64,000 nt of DNA from Entomortierella parvispora E1425 (Eukaryota; Fungi; Mortierellomycota), in the NCBI GenBank assembly GCA_020891255.1, contig BQFW01000008.1, positions 2,418,001 through 2,482,000 of the forward strand. The letters run 5' to 3'. Made by a program: the position numbers and the translations under genes. This document shows, one piece after another, positions 13,001 to 23,985 of the stretch; within the stretch, counting starts at the first letter, position 1, and each line of letters opens with the position of its first letter. The notes under the pieces are model-generated. The model made no database searches. It worked only from the letters and a program-made list of their open reading frames with translations, and was not told where the DNA came from.

Positions 13001-14890
13001 TCTGATACCGTTGGCTTGGTTGCTAAGTAATCCCATTCGTATCCTTGAAAGTCAGCTCGCATGCGCCAATGTGTTTATCGCAGCCAAGTGATCAGGAGGG
13101 TGGCTCACCTTCTGTGTCATCTTTGCCAAGATGTCATCTAGTATAGGCGGCATATCTGGACGATATTGCCGAATAGACGGCAAATCTCGAGAAAGTACAC
13201 CTATGTTCCAAGTCATATCGGAGTGTTAATATCCTACAGTGGTTGTGAAAGCGGTCTAGAAGCTCTAGGATGCCATAATACCTTGCAATATTTGAACACT
13301 GTCGTTCCCGGAGTAAGGGAACTGCATTGTGAGCATCGAAAATAGAGAAGTGCCTAAAGAGTAGATATCTGTCCTGTGATCCATCCAGGTTTCGGCACGG
13401 CCGGTCTGTTCAGGGGCCAAATACTGCAGGTGGTACTCCAGAAAGCCTGGCGTCTGCCACTCTACTATGTTATTTGGCGCGCGAGCTCGCTCATGACTCA
13501 GGATTTTAGAATGGGTAAAATCAAAGAGGCGCAATTTGGACATGTTAATGTCCCAGCCTGACTTTGCAGGCGATGCTGCCCTCTTTGAGCGACACGTTTC
13601 CTCCTCTGTCGTTTCATCGGCCGGAGGTTTCGGAAATGGGAGTTCCATATTAGGAGGAGGCTGCCAGTGAATTGATGTTGGACAAAGTGCCAAGTGAGCC
13701 AGGTTTGCCCGTTGAAGACCTTCCAGGACGCAGGCCGCCTTAAGGCAAAATATCAAGAAGGTGTACACATCTGGAAAGGGAGAACGCGCCGTCTGATTAA
13801 AGTCGGCTTCCGTCATTGGAGCTCCGTTCGGCTCCTCCAGTCCCACGTACCGATGATGTAGTGGGGACAGAAGATTTGGCCCCATCCGTTCCAGGATCAG
13901 TACAGAGGTGTTGTCCTCAAGAATAAGAAAGTCCTCCACGACCCGATTGAAGTACCTCTCGTTTTCGACTAGCCCGTTTTCGTATTCTGCCTGCTGGTTC
14001 GACGGTACATTGTCGCAACAAGGACCGTTGATATCCTTGCGTCCATCTTCTGTGACTCCTAAATCAGTGTCTCCCAAGGGCGCAAACTGGGCTGGTGAAA
14101 TCCCTCCAGGGTCGAATCGGCCATCCATAATAGTCAATCGCTTGAGAATCCTGTGCTCATGATTTAAAAGAAACTGCGACAAATTCAGTTTTCCTGTCAC
14201 CAAGACGCCGTCGGATAGGCGCTTGCCCATCATCAACCCGATATCGCCCGCCTGCGAACATCCTGTGAATTCAAATCCTGGTATCCTTGGCGGAGAGAAT
14301 GAGCGGCTGTTATTCGGGGGTGGTGCTCGATATGGGTTATAGTGATAGGTATCATCTCCGCCTTGCATCCTAGGCAGATGAGCCTGTGTTCTCGATCCTG
14401 GTTTTGGCGCATGGGAGCAGGGGGGCCGAGAGTAGACAGGCAAGCCTGCTGAAGGATGATTCGAACCTTCATCGCCTTGCTTGGGATGATTCGACACCAC
14501 AGCTCCAGCTAGGGCGGAGGCAGCCGTTGTGTTTAATATCCCCAACATGGAAATGGAAGTGAAGTGGGGGTTGCTTGTAAACGGAGTCTCTGGCGCTGCA
14601 GGAATAAGTGCTGAGGCAGAGAGGTGATCGGCTGTTGAGATAATGTCAGAGCCAAGACCAGAGGCTAAAGTAGCAGCGGAAGGTGTCATTAGGCTGGAAG
14701 TTGCTGTGGTAATGATGGAGGATGGCTGCATGTATGGCTTGTAAAACCATTGGGCAGCATTGGACGCATTTGGACAGTCGGTGATTACTGCCATGTCGCT
14801 GTTTGCTTCGGTGAAGCAGCTGTCATCATGATCAGAGATGGCGGGTCGCGCGCTTGATTCTACTGTTGCATCAATGCTGTCATGCTCCAT
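4065..14890 (-). CDS. Giant hybrid histidine kinase (S/T-kinase-like + AAA/P-loop + TPR-like + GAF + PAS + HisKA + HATPase + receiver), Chk1/Mak2-Mak3 type
   Basis: P-loop GGPAGVGK; GAF LDFSSVIEAMQVIASEIDL; PAS (INTSW...IHPDE); H-box FLANMSHELRT|PF; N-box LMNLIGNAIKF; DQGIG; GGTGLGLSI; receiver VLVAEDD...AIFD|HMPIMDG...TKP. ATG at 14890, TGA at 4065-4067. Confidence 0.95.
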
Positions 14891-15007
14891 TGCAGGGGTG
14901 AATCGGTCGTGCTATGTTGGTTGTCAAAGTAAAGATGCAAACACGCGGTGAGAATGGACGCACAAAAAAAAGGCACGAAACGGATTTGCGTTATTTCCAG
15001 TCTCCCT

Positions 15008-16309
15008 TTATTGGTCACCCTTGACAATAATGCTCTCTGGTCGCGATGCATATTCGGTCCAACTGCCGTCAAAAACAGCTAGATTCTCGACACCCAACTT
15101 CTCTAGCACAAAGTAAAGGCCGCTGGCAGTGACACCGCTGCCACAGGAGAGGACCACTTCCTTGGTTGAGGAAAACGGAGTCTTCAAGGCAGAGACATCA
15201 ACGCCTGCACGATGGAAAGCCTCCTCAAGATGCTGGTCTGGGAAGAGCTCTCCCGTGTTTTGATCAAAGAGCTCTAGCAAGGGTACGTTCTTCGCTCCGG
15301 GCATGTGGCCGGAAGAGAGACCTTTACGCGGCTCTGCTGCTGTCCCATTGAAGCGAGCAGACGGGCGGGCATCAATCACCAACGACGGTGCACTACCTTG
15401 ACTTTGATATAACTTTGCTGTATGGAGCACTTGGTCATACTCACGAATAAGATTCCTGTCCAAGGTAGGGACATGATACGACTTGGTCTGTTCAGAGCAT
15501 AGTTGTATCAGCAACAACTCCAAAGTGAAAAAGCAGACTCTCCTCTGAAAAATCGATGTCGTAAACTACAAAACGTACCTCAACTACTGCATCTCCCTTC
15601 TCGACTGAGTATCCAGCGGACTTCCAGGCCTTCATGCCTCCATCAAGGACAGAGACCTTCTTATGTCCAAACGCCTATCAGTCACGATTATATGAGTCAT
15701 TTTTGCACTCTAGCATCCTAGTGAAGCCGCCGATCTCCTTTACCTTAAACATCCAGTAAACACGAGGAGCAGACATGAAGCCAACGGTGTCGTATACCAC
15801 CACATGATCTTCGTTTGATATACCAAGGGCACCAACCTGGGAAGCAAACTGAATGGCGGACGGCATCATATGAGGCAGAGGGTTTTCTTTGTCTTTTATG
15901 GACTCTATATCAAAGAAACGGGCTGAAAGAAAAGGAGTATCAGAAACACCGTGATAGATGCCGTGAGCCATACAAGCACACGTACCTCCAGGAATATGTC
16001 CGTCTTCCTTAAATTCCTTAAGAGGGTCCCGGCCAGAAGCAGGCATATGCCAGCTCCCATCAACCACAACAGGCTGTCCAAGTTTGGCTCTCAATTCGGA
16101 GCAGGAGAGAAGCATGGGAACGGACATGGCTAAATGAGTCATAATGAGTATGGTTAGAGATTAGCTGCTGGCAAGAGGATAAAGGAATTGAATTCTGCCA
16201 CATAGCGACGCGCATTTTGTCAGGCGGTACCTTTGGAAGCGAAAGCGCGAAGAGGCGGGGCAGGAAGATGGCGGATGAGCGGAGATGCGGCGAGGACGCG
16301 GGCGGACAT
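15008..16309 (-). CDS. TUM1: 3-mercaptopyruvate/thiosulfate sulfurtransferase (tandem rhodanese) with a probable mitochondrial presequence
   Basis: VVVDGSWHMP...GHIPG, ARFFDIE...LPHMMP, VVYDTVGFMSAPRVYWMFK, IDARPSARF, GHMPGA, active site CGSGVTA, FDGSWTEY. The N-terminus MSARVLAASPLIRHL is Arg-rich and acid-free. Confidence 0.92.
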
Positions 16310-16550
16310 GGCAAGCGGAGAAGAATGAATAGGTTGCTGTTGTCGCGCATCACTCTTCCTTTTGTTCGCGTCAGTTGGGGACTGCTTTTCACACACCTGC
16401 CTTCTGGTCGTCATGAAGATGCAAGCATGCTACATTGCATGGTAGCCTTCTCATCGATCCCCAGACTACCTTCACTCTCTTCTTATCTACCTCTATCCCC
16501 GCAGCCTCTTTTTCTTTATCTTTCTCTTTTCTCCAGTGGGAAATTTTTCG

Positions 16551-18062
16551 ATGGCTGAAACTATAACAGACCTCCAGTATCTCGAACTCCCAGCTTGTTT
16601 CTGCGGTCATCCCGCTGTCGCTATCCATCCGCCTCAACAGTTGGCAACTCGAGCTCGATCAGACGTACTCTCAGTTGACTATCCATGGTCTATAAGAGGA
16701 GCCAGTATCATTCATACGTCCAACTGGGTCTATGAGTGCCACTTCAGCCCGCAACAGCAAGACATGGCCCCAATGTTGCCTTGCCCAAAATGTACCCTGG
16801 ATACACACCGAGCCAGCGGTGACGATAAATCAATCAATGGTTTCCGAGAGACAACCGTACCAAATGTCACTTGTATTGGGGTGCCATCCGAGCTTGGACC
16901 ACGAGCGCGCTCAGTCAAGGTCTGTGGATTTCATATGCACGCGATAGAATGGCACATAGTACAGGAAATGAAGGACCAGGATGGCACGGCCTGCAAGCTC
17001 GCCTTAATCGAACGGGCAAACTGCCCGAGGTTCAACCTGTCGATGACAAGATGGCTGAATGCCGGTCTTAACTCGTTAGAGAAGCTACCTTTCACCGACG
17101 TTAACTGCTTCTGCAATATCCCGATGGCTGTCTCTTGCATGCATGCAGTGCACCCAGGTCAGGTGCAAGCCTACAATTTGGTGTGCGCAAACCGCGAGGT
17201 CAAGAATTCATCTTCAAGGCTGAACTCCTGCAGTCGAGTGATCCCTATCAACCAAATCCAATATGATGCAAGATCGATCTCTGTTCATGATGGTCCTTTA
17301 CTTAGCGATCTCTGGCTCCAAAAGGTATTCAGGAAGAATCGTCCCCCAGAAAACTACCTTTTTGCTCTAAGCACAGCAGCTGAACCAACACCTATCCCGG
17401 CGTCCAAAATTGACTTGTCTAAGATAACATCGTTTGTCCATTACGTCGATGACGACTTCTGGGCATCAGTGTCGAATGTATCTCAAAGATATGGATTGAC
17501 TTTGGCTAGGGCAAGAAGTAGCTTCAATACGGGTACGTACTCGTCTGGAAGAAGGGATATTGAATGTAGATCGGTAAACGTTTTGAATGGATACGAGCCT
17601 TACGAAATGGCCATTGAGGAGTGCACTCCGTTCGGGATTCTCATCTTGACGCAAGGGCTTTTGGACAGTCAAATCCATGGTGCCATCAACGCTATGGTAT
17701 ATTGGAATGATCAGCTGGAGACGAAGGTCCTACAGACCATCGAGGGTATGAAAACAAAACAACAAGCGAACGATGAGTTGGCCGCAATATACCGAGGGGA
17801 GCACGCTGATCTGGTGCTTCAGATGACTGATATGAAAAACAATGCGCTTTTGATGACACGGATGAAGTGCAAGGTCTGTTATGAGGGAGCTTTAACGGAT
17901 TTTTTACTCCCCTGCGGGCATATGGTTCTCTGCAAAGACTGTCTGCGCCAAGTGTTAGTTTGCCCTATCTGCCGAAGACCTCCGACGCGAACACAGCGGA
18001 TCTCATGGGGGAGCAAGTTTGGCGGTGCAGAGCTAGCCCTTAGCGAGCGTTTAGGCGAATAA
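16551..18062 (+). CDS. Intronless protein with N-terminal Cys/His (GRF-like) motifs, coiled coil and C-terminal C3HC4 RING; putative E3 ligase
   Basis: C-terminal CKVC...LLPCGHMVLCKDC...CPICR (IAP/MDM2-type RING). N-terminal PACFCGHP...YEC...CGF and NCFCNIP...LVC...CSR. First ATG at 16551. Confidence 0.8.
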   Translation: MAETITDLQYLELPACFCGHPAVAIHPPQQLATRARSDVLSVDYPWSIRGASIIHTSNWVYECHFSPQQQDMAPMLPCPKCTLDTHRASGDDKSINGFRETTVPNVTCIGVPSELGPRARSVKVCGFHMHAIEWHIVQEMKDQDGTACKLALIERANCPRFNLSMTRWLNAGLNSLEKLPFTDVNCFCNIPMAVSCMHAVHPGQVQAYNLVCANREVKNSSSRLNSCSRVIPINQIQYDARSISVHDGPLLSDLWLQKVFRKNRPPENYLFALSTAAEPTPIPASKIDLSKITSFVHYVDDDFWASVSNVSQRYGLTLARARSSFNTGTYSSGRRDIECRSVNVLNGYEPYEMAIEECTPFGILILTQGLLDSQIHGAINAMVYWNDQLETKVLQTIEGMKTKQQANDELAAIYRGEHADLVLQMTDMKNNALLMTRMKCKVCYEGALTDFLLPCGHMVLCKDCLRQVLVCPICRRPPTRTQRISWGSKFGGAELALSERLGE

Positions 18063-18872
18063 AGTGACATGTTGCACGAAACGAGTGGGAATCAGAAGAC
18101 TTGAACAACAATGCCTCGGCCCTTGCGCACACATGCAGCTACTTGCTGACTGAATGCGAATTTCCCGACTCTTCAGGAACAACTGTGCTCCTTGAGAAAG
18201 AACAATCAACGAGTTTCCACGTCGTGCATGTGCAAACTGTATTGCACTCTGCTCCCACTCCTTCTCCACATTCATGACAACAAAGCTCTCTTCTTGGTTG
18301 TCCCATCGCTCTCATTATTTACAACAACAACGGCGGTCCAATAGCTTGTCTTCCTTGTCTTCATCAACACACACACAGACAACATCAGAAGGCCGCAAGC
18401 ACTCTCTGTTTTATGGACTTTGTGCTACACACTGTATCCAGCAGGATAAACCTTTCTCTTTTGGGAGTTTTTGTGTGCACTTGACTCTTTGCAACGCCCA
18501 CACATACCTGTACACAACAAGCACAGACAGCAGCAATGGCTCTCTGACTCTCTCTCACTCCTTCACTCTCTTTCCTCTCCCTCCCTCTTTGTTTGTCTCT
18601 CTGTTTCTCTCTACTAGGGCCCGGAAGAACACTTTTTTTGCTTTGTAACGGGCAATACGCGGCGCAAGAGGACCTGTTGTATTTAAGTACCCTGTTTCCC
18701 CCATAAGCGGGATTTTTCTGTCGAGGATTCCTTCTACTCTTCCCCAGCCGCTCCCTCCACCCTCCACCCTCCTTGCTCCTTGCCGCTCGTCAATTGTTGC
18801 CCACCTCACCTTTGCCGACAACTTCTATCCATCCAACATCCTGATTGCTTTTAACTGATAATATATTTCGCA

Positions 18873-21800
18873 ATGGCATTCGATATCCGCGATGAGGATG
18901 AGGAGCACCATCCTGACGAGTTTGAAGAGTATGATGATGTGAAGCAGCCTGCCCCCCCTCCAAAGTTTTACCGTCGACGCAAGTTCTGGATGTTCTGTAT
19001 CCCAAACCTGATCATTGCCACCATCGTCGCTGTTCTCCTCGGGCTGTACGTGGTCATGCCCAAGATTGCCCAGGATCTGATGAACAAGGCCACCATCGAG
19101 TTTGACCAGATTGTAAGCGAAAGAGCATCTCTATCTATACGTTTCGAAAACAAAAATGACAAGTGCTTCATTCTCACAAGCTAGTCTCTATGTCACGGCT
19201 CCCATAGGACATTTCTAATCCCACTGCCACGACCATGGATATTGCCATGGTTGGTAATATGAAAAAGACCGGGCCTTTTACGGCCGAAATCTCTTTCCCT
19301 GGTGAAGTTACCGTATCGTGGAATGGCATTGTTCTTGGCACCACTCAGATTCCCGGCTCGAGCAAGGCTTCGTAAGTCCATCCCCTCTCTCTCGTCATTG
19401 CTGTGATGTTGATGACCTGATGACTGATTCGGTGGGATCTTCTTTCGTAGTGGTGGCCAAGGCTCTCTCAACCTGGCCAGCAGCTTCACTGTGACCAATA
19501 CCTCGGGCTTTACTGAGTTCTCGTCCTACATGCTCAATGCCCAGACATTTGTTTGGCACCTTGAGGGCAAGTTGAACGTCCATGCTCTGAGTCGTACTGT
19601 CAAGAACTTGAATTTAAACAAGGACATCACAGTCAATGGTAAACAAAACAAAGACACCAATCCTTCATCTACCATCGTTGCATCACATATCTAACCTTTC
19701 TACCTTTCTACTCCTTTGTTTTATTTTTGCTACCCCCTTTGATACAGCCTTTAACGGCCTCAATGGTATTAAGATCGACAAGTTCGCACTCCCTGGAGAC
19801 GATCCTGACGGCAAGGGTATCATCATCCAGATCGACACCACCGTCAATAACCCCTCAGCCATCCAGATGTACATGGGCAGCCTGACCCTCGCCATTTCGT
19901 ACAAAGATGTTCTCATGGGTTACGTTACATCGACCAACTTGACCATGGTCCGTGGCCCTCAGACCATGAGTATGACTGGAGTTCTGATCCCTCAGAATAC
20001 CACTGAAGGTCTCGCCATCACTTCGGAGATGATGTCCCGATACATTGGAAACGAGCTCACCAACACCACAGCCACCGGTGTTGATGTCAAGCCTGATGGA
20101 GTCAATGAACTTGGTTGGTTGTCGGACGCTGTCAAGAGTCTTAAGTTGAACGTCCCTCTCCAGAGCCCTGTCCCTCTGGAGCTCATCAAAGCCTTGAACC
20201 TTGGTGCGTTGGGTCTGGTCTTCACCCCTCCCACTGCTTATGAGCCCGTCACCACCTCGACTGGCGTCATTGCAAACTACAGCCTCCCCGATGGATTCAA
20301 CTTCAACATCTCGTTCCAACAGGTCTCTAACTCGTTCGCTTTGACCCGTGGAGGTGTCACCATTGCCAACCTCAATTCGTCCTATAACCCTTCTACCTCG
20401 GATATGGCTGCTGGCACTTTGACATTCAATCTCTTGGCCACCCCTCTCTTGGTCCCAAATGCATCGCACGAGGCTTTCCAAGAGTTTAACCGCGACTTGA
20501 CTATTGGTGCAGACCTACCGTTCAATGTGGTCGGTCAGGCTTCGGTGTACGCCAATACCTCTATCGGTGTTGTCAACTTGGTCAACATCCCCTTCAACGC
20601 CTCGACCGAATTAAGCGGCCTCCAGAGCCTTGCCAACCCAGCTCCCACCATCACCTCTCTCCAAGTCGTGTCTGGTACCACCACGGGGTTGACCATGAAC
20701 ATTTCTGTCATTATTGTCAACCCTTCGTCGATCTCGCTCAGCGCTGGAGATGTCGTCCTCGCTCTAATTTATAAGGGTGTCAACCTCGGAACTGTGACCA
20801 TGCCTAACCTGTCCATTGTCCCTGGAGCCAACACCATTGCCACCACCTCCACTATTGATCCCGCCAGCTCTCCTGAGGGTCTCGAGTTGTTGACCCTGTA
20901 CACTAGTGGCGCTGGTGCTGGGGTTAGTATTGCTGGTACTCCTACAAGCACTGCGGTCGATTCATTGAGCTTGGCATTTGGCGCGCTGAATATCCAAACC
21001 CAGATGCCTGGCCTCCAGTCCAAGCTACTCGCTGGTGCATCCCTGGAAGTGCTTAACACCACCCTTGTCAATGGTCTCGCTCAGACTGTGGTCACTGTCA
21101 ACAACCCCTTCGTCCCCGCCATGTCGATCCTGTCGATCAATTCCAAGATCACCTACAATGGAGTCGCTGTCGGCTCGGTTGTCTCGACATTCGCCACACC
21201 TCCCGTGATCCCCGGTGTGGGTCAGGGCACTATCACCGCCAGCATAGCTATGAATACCAACCCCACCGACCTCATCACTCTTATTCGCACCCAGGCTATC
21301 AAGAACGGAATGAGCACTGCTGCTTTTGACGGATTGATCTCACTCCAACACGGTGGCACCCCCCCAGCCAGCCTGTTTGTTGGATTCAATGTAGCCGACT
21401 TTACGCTCAAGGCTATGGCCGGTCTCTTGGTCGACATCACCATGACCACCACCGTCAAGGTCGGAGACTACCAGGTCACCATTCCTTACACTCAGACAGG
21501 AGTTGCCACCACTACAGATGCGTCGTTGTTGAAGCTGATTCCGCTCGTTGGAACACCAATTGCTCAAGTTCTAGTCGATGGCTCTGCTCTACAATTCGAT
21601 TCTATCCAGATCATCTCACCCACCGATACCAACTTCCAGACCGACATTGGTGGCGCCATTACAAACACTGGACCCCTGGATGCGCAGATCGTGTTCCCCA
21701 ACCCGGTCACCGTTTCATATGAGGGCAAGACCATCGGGTCTATGATGATGCCCACTGTCAATGCCATCGCCAATCAAGGCGCCACCCTCAGTCTGACCGG

Positions 21801-23985
21801 TGTCATGTTCACAATCTCCGACATTGATGCCTACACTGCCTTCACGGTCTTTGCCCTCAACAATGCCAAGTTTGAGTGGACCATTGCCACCACTGATGTT
21901 GTTGTCAATGCCATGGGTGTCCCCATCCCTGGTGTATCAATGACCAAGACCGTGACTCTCGATGGCTTCAACAAGTTGGCCGGTCTGATCTTGAACCCTG
22001 GATACATGATTGAGGAGATCGATGCTGCTGGTCTTCACATGGTGATCGGTGCCACCATCAACAATCCCTCGACCATCGGAATGACTATCCCCGTGTCGCA
22101 ATTCAACACTCAATTTCAGGGTACTGTTCTTGGACCAGCTGTTGCAGTTGGACTGACCTTGATCCCTCACGCGTCATCTGCTTTCTCGTTGAACGCTACT
22201 ATTGCGACCGGCAATGGAAATATGATCCCATACCTTGAGGGAATCTTCACCAACGCTGTCACGGGACAACCCACTCCCCTGGAGGCACAGGGTGTTGGTG
22301 CACCGGGGGTGTCGTGGCTCAATACAGCGATACAGTCTCTGACCTTGTCAACATCCCTGCCACCTCTGGTCGATCCTCCAATTGTGAGTGTGGCCATTGA
22401 CAGCATGTATATGGACTTTACGTGCGAAAGTTGCACCTGGGCACCGACAGCGGTCTCGACCATCACTGCCAAGACCAACCTTCCTTTCAGAAACGGAGCA
22501 CCCATCACGGCTCTCAGCCAGAATGTTCAAATCTTGGATACCAATGGCCAAGTGGTTGGTTTGATGAGTACCGATTACGCCGATGCAACCACGTCAGGCG
22601 ACATGGTGACCAGTACTAGTCCGGCCAACTCCACTCTTGTGATTGCGGATGACTCTCAAACGATCTACGAGGACTTTATCTGGGATCTTACCAATACAAC
22701 TCAATATACTCTTGGACTGAAGGGAACCGCAAACTCCAAGCTGGACTTGGGTGCACTCGGAGTGATTGAGGTCAAGGGAATCACCTTGGATGTACAGACA
22801 AACTTGGACGGTCTTCAAGGTCTTCAGAACATTACCTTCCTCGCTTTTCCTGATCTTGATATCCTCTTTGGCGCCACTGGTCTCATTATTGACGCGTTCA
22901 CCGACATGAACATTTACAACCCCAGCATGCTTACATTGAACATTGGAGCGATGAGCTTGTATGCAGGAAGCGACTATACTCCAGCGAACCAGATCGGCGT
23001 TGCATTTCTCCAAAATCTGACTCTCACTCCAGGGGACAACTTTGTCCTATCAGAGTTATATATGCCCCAAGCCCAGTACCCTGCCAGTGAAGCCTTTTCC
23101 GCCAATATGGAGAATGAAAACGTTACTGCCTATCTTTACGCATACCCCGGTACCTCTTCAAACGTTGCTCTGTCAGCCGGATTGAGTAAACTAAGAAGTT
23201 TTGTCCACATCAACGCAAAAACTCCGACGAACTTGATACCCCCTTATCCCCCAGTTTGGACTGCGACGATTCTTCCATCGACAATCACTGATGGCATTTT
23301 CGACATTGATGTTGAGCTTTCCAATCCATACCCTGGACTAAGACTGGAGATCACAAGTTTCATTCCTGACGTAAATCTGATCGGTGGCTCGGATTCTTTC
23401 TCGGTCGCAGAATCGCCGAGTGTAGCAAAACAAATCGCGACGTGGTATGCAGATCCCAATTTTGTTCCCATTGTCTTCGAGGCCAATGACACAGCACCAA
23501 GGACAGTGTCTATGAAAATGCAGTTTGTAGACGTTGCAGACGGTCAAATGATGACTCTAAGCGATGTCGCTGCCATCGCAAATGCCTCAGCTTCAGGGTC
23601 ATTGATAACAAACTTTGAGTTCTTGCCTATGTTTTTGCTTGGTACCAATCCCACTCCACAAAATATAGACTGGAGCTGTGCTAATTGGTACACTTTGGCA
23701 GGCACTTCTGGTTGCACCACGTCGCTCACCACAGGACCGGACTTCACAGAAGCCTTTGAGAAGTACTATCCGAAGCTTTTGAGTCCCACTGTCACGCCTT
23801 CGCCAATCTCAATCGCCCAGCCTACGCCATCTGTAGCTACAACCGCCAGTGCCTCCTCACCTTCAGGATCTGTCGCCACTAGTATGACTGCTCCCTCGTC
23901 GCCATCTTTGACCCCCGCTGCCCCATCGTCGCCACCTTCGACCTCTGTTGCCCCACCGTTGCCTTCAACACAATCAGCAGTCTAG
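18873..23985 (+). CDS. Large type-II membrane protein with tandem DUF3712/LEA_2-like repeats (Tag1-like), paralog A, 4 exons
   Basis: Exons 18873-19112, 19208-19371, 19451-19638 and 19748-23985 with GT-AG junctions. Basic RRRK precedes one TM helix. Repeated NPSxxxxxxGxxxxxxxY..xxxG modules. S/T/P-rich tail. Confidence 0.85.
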
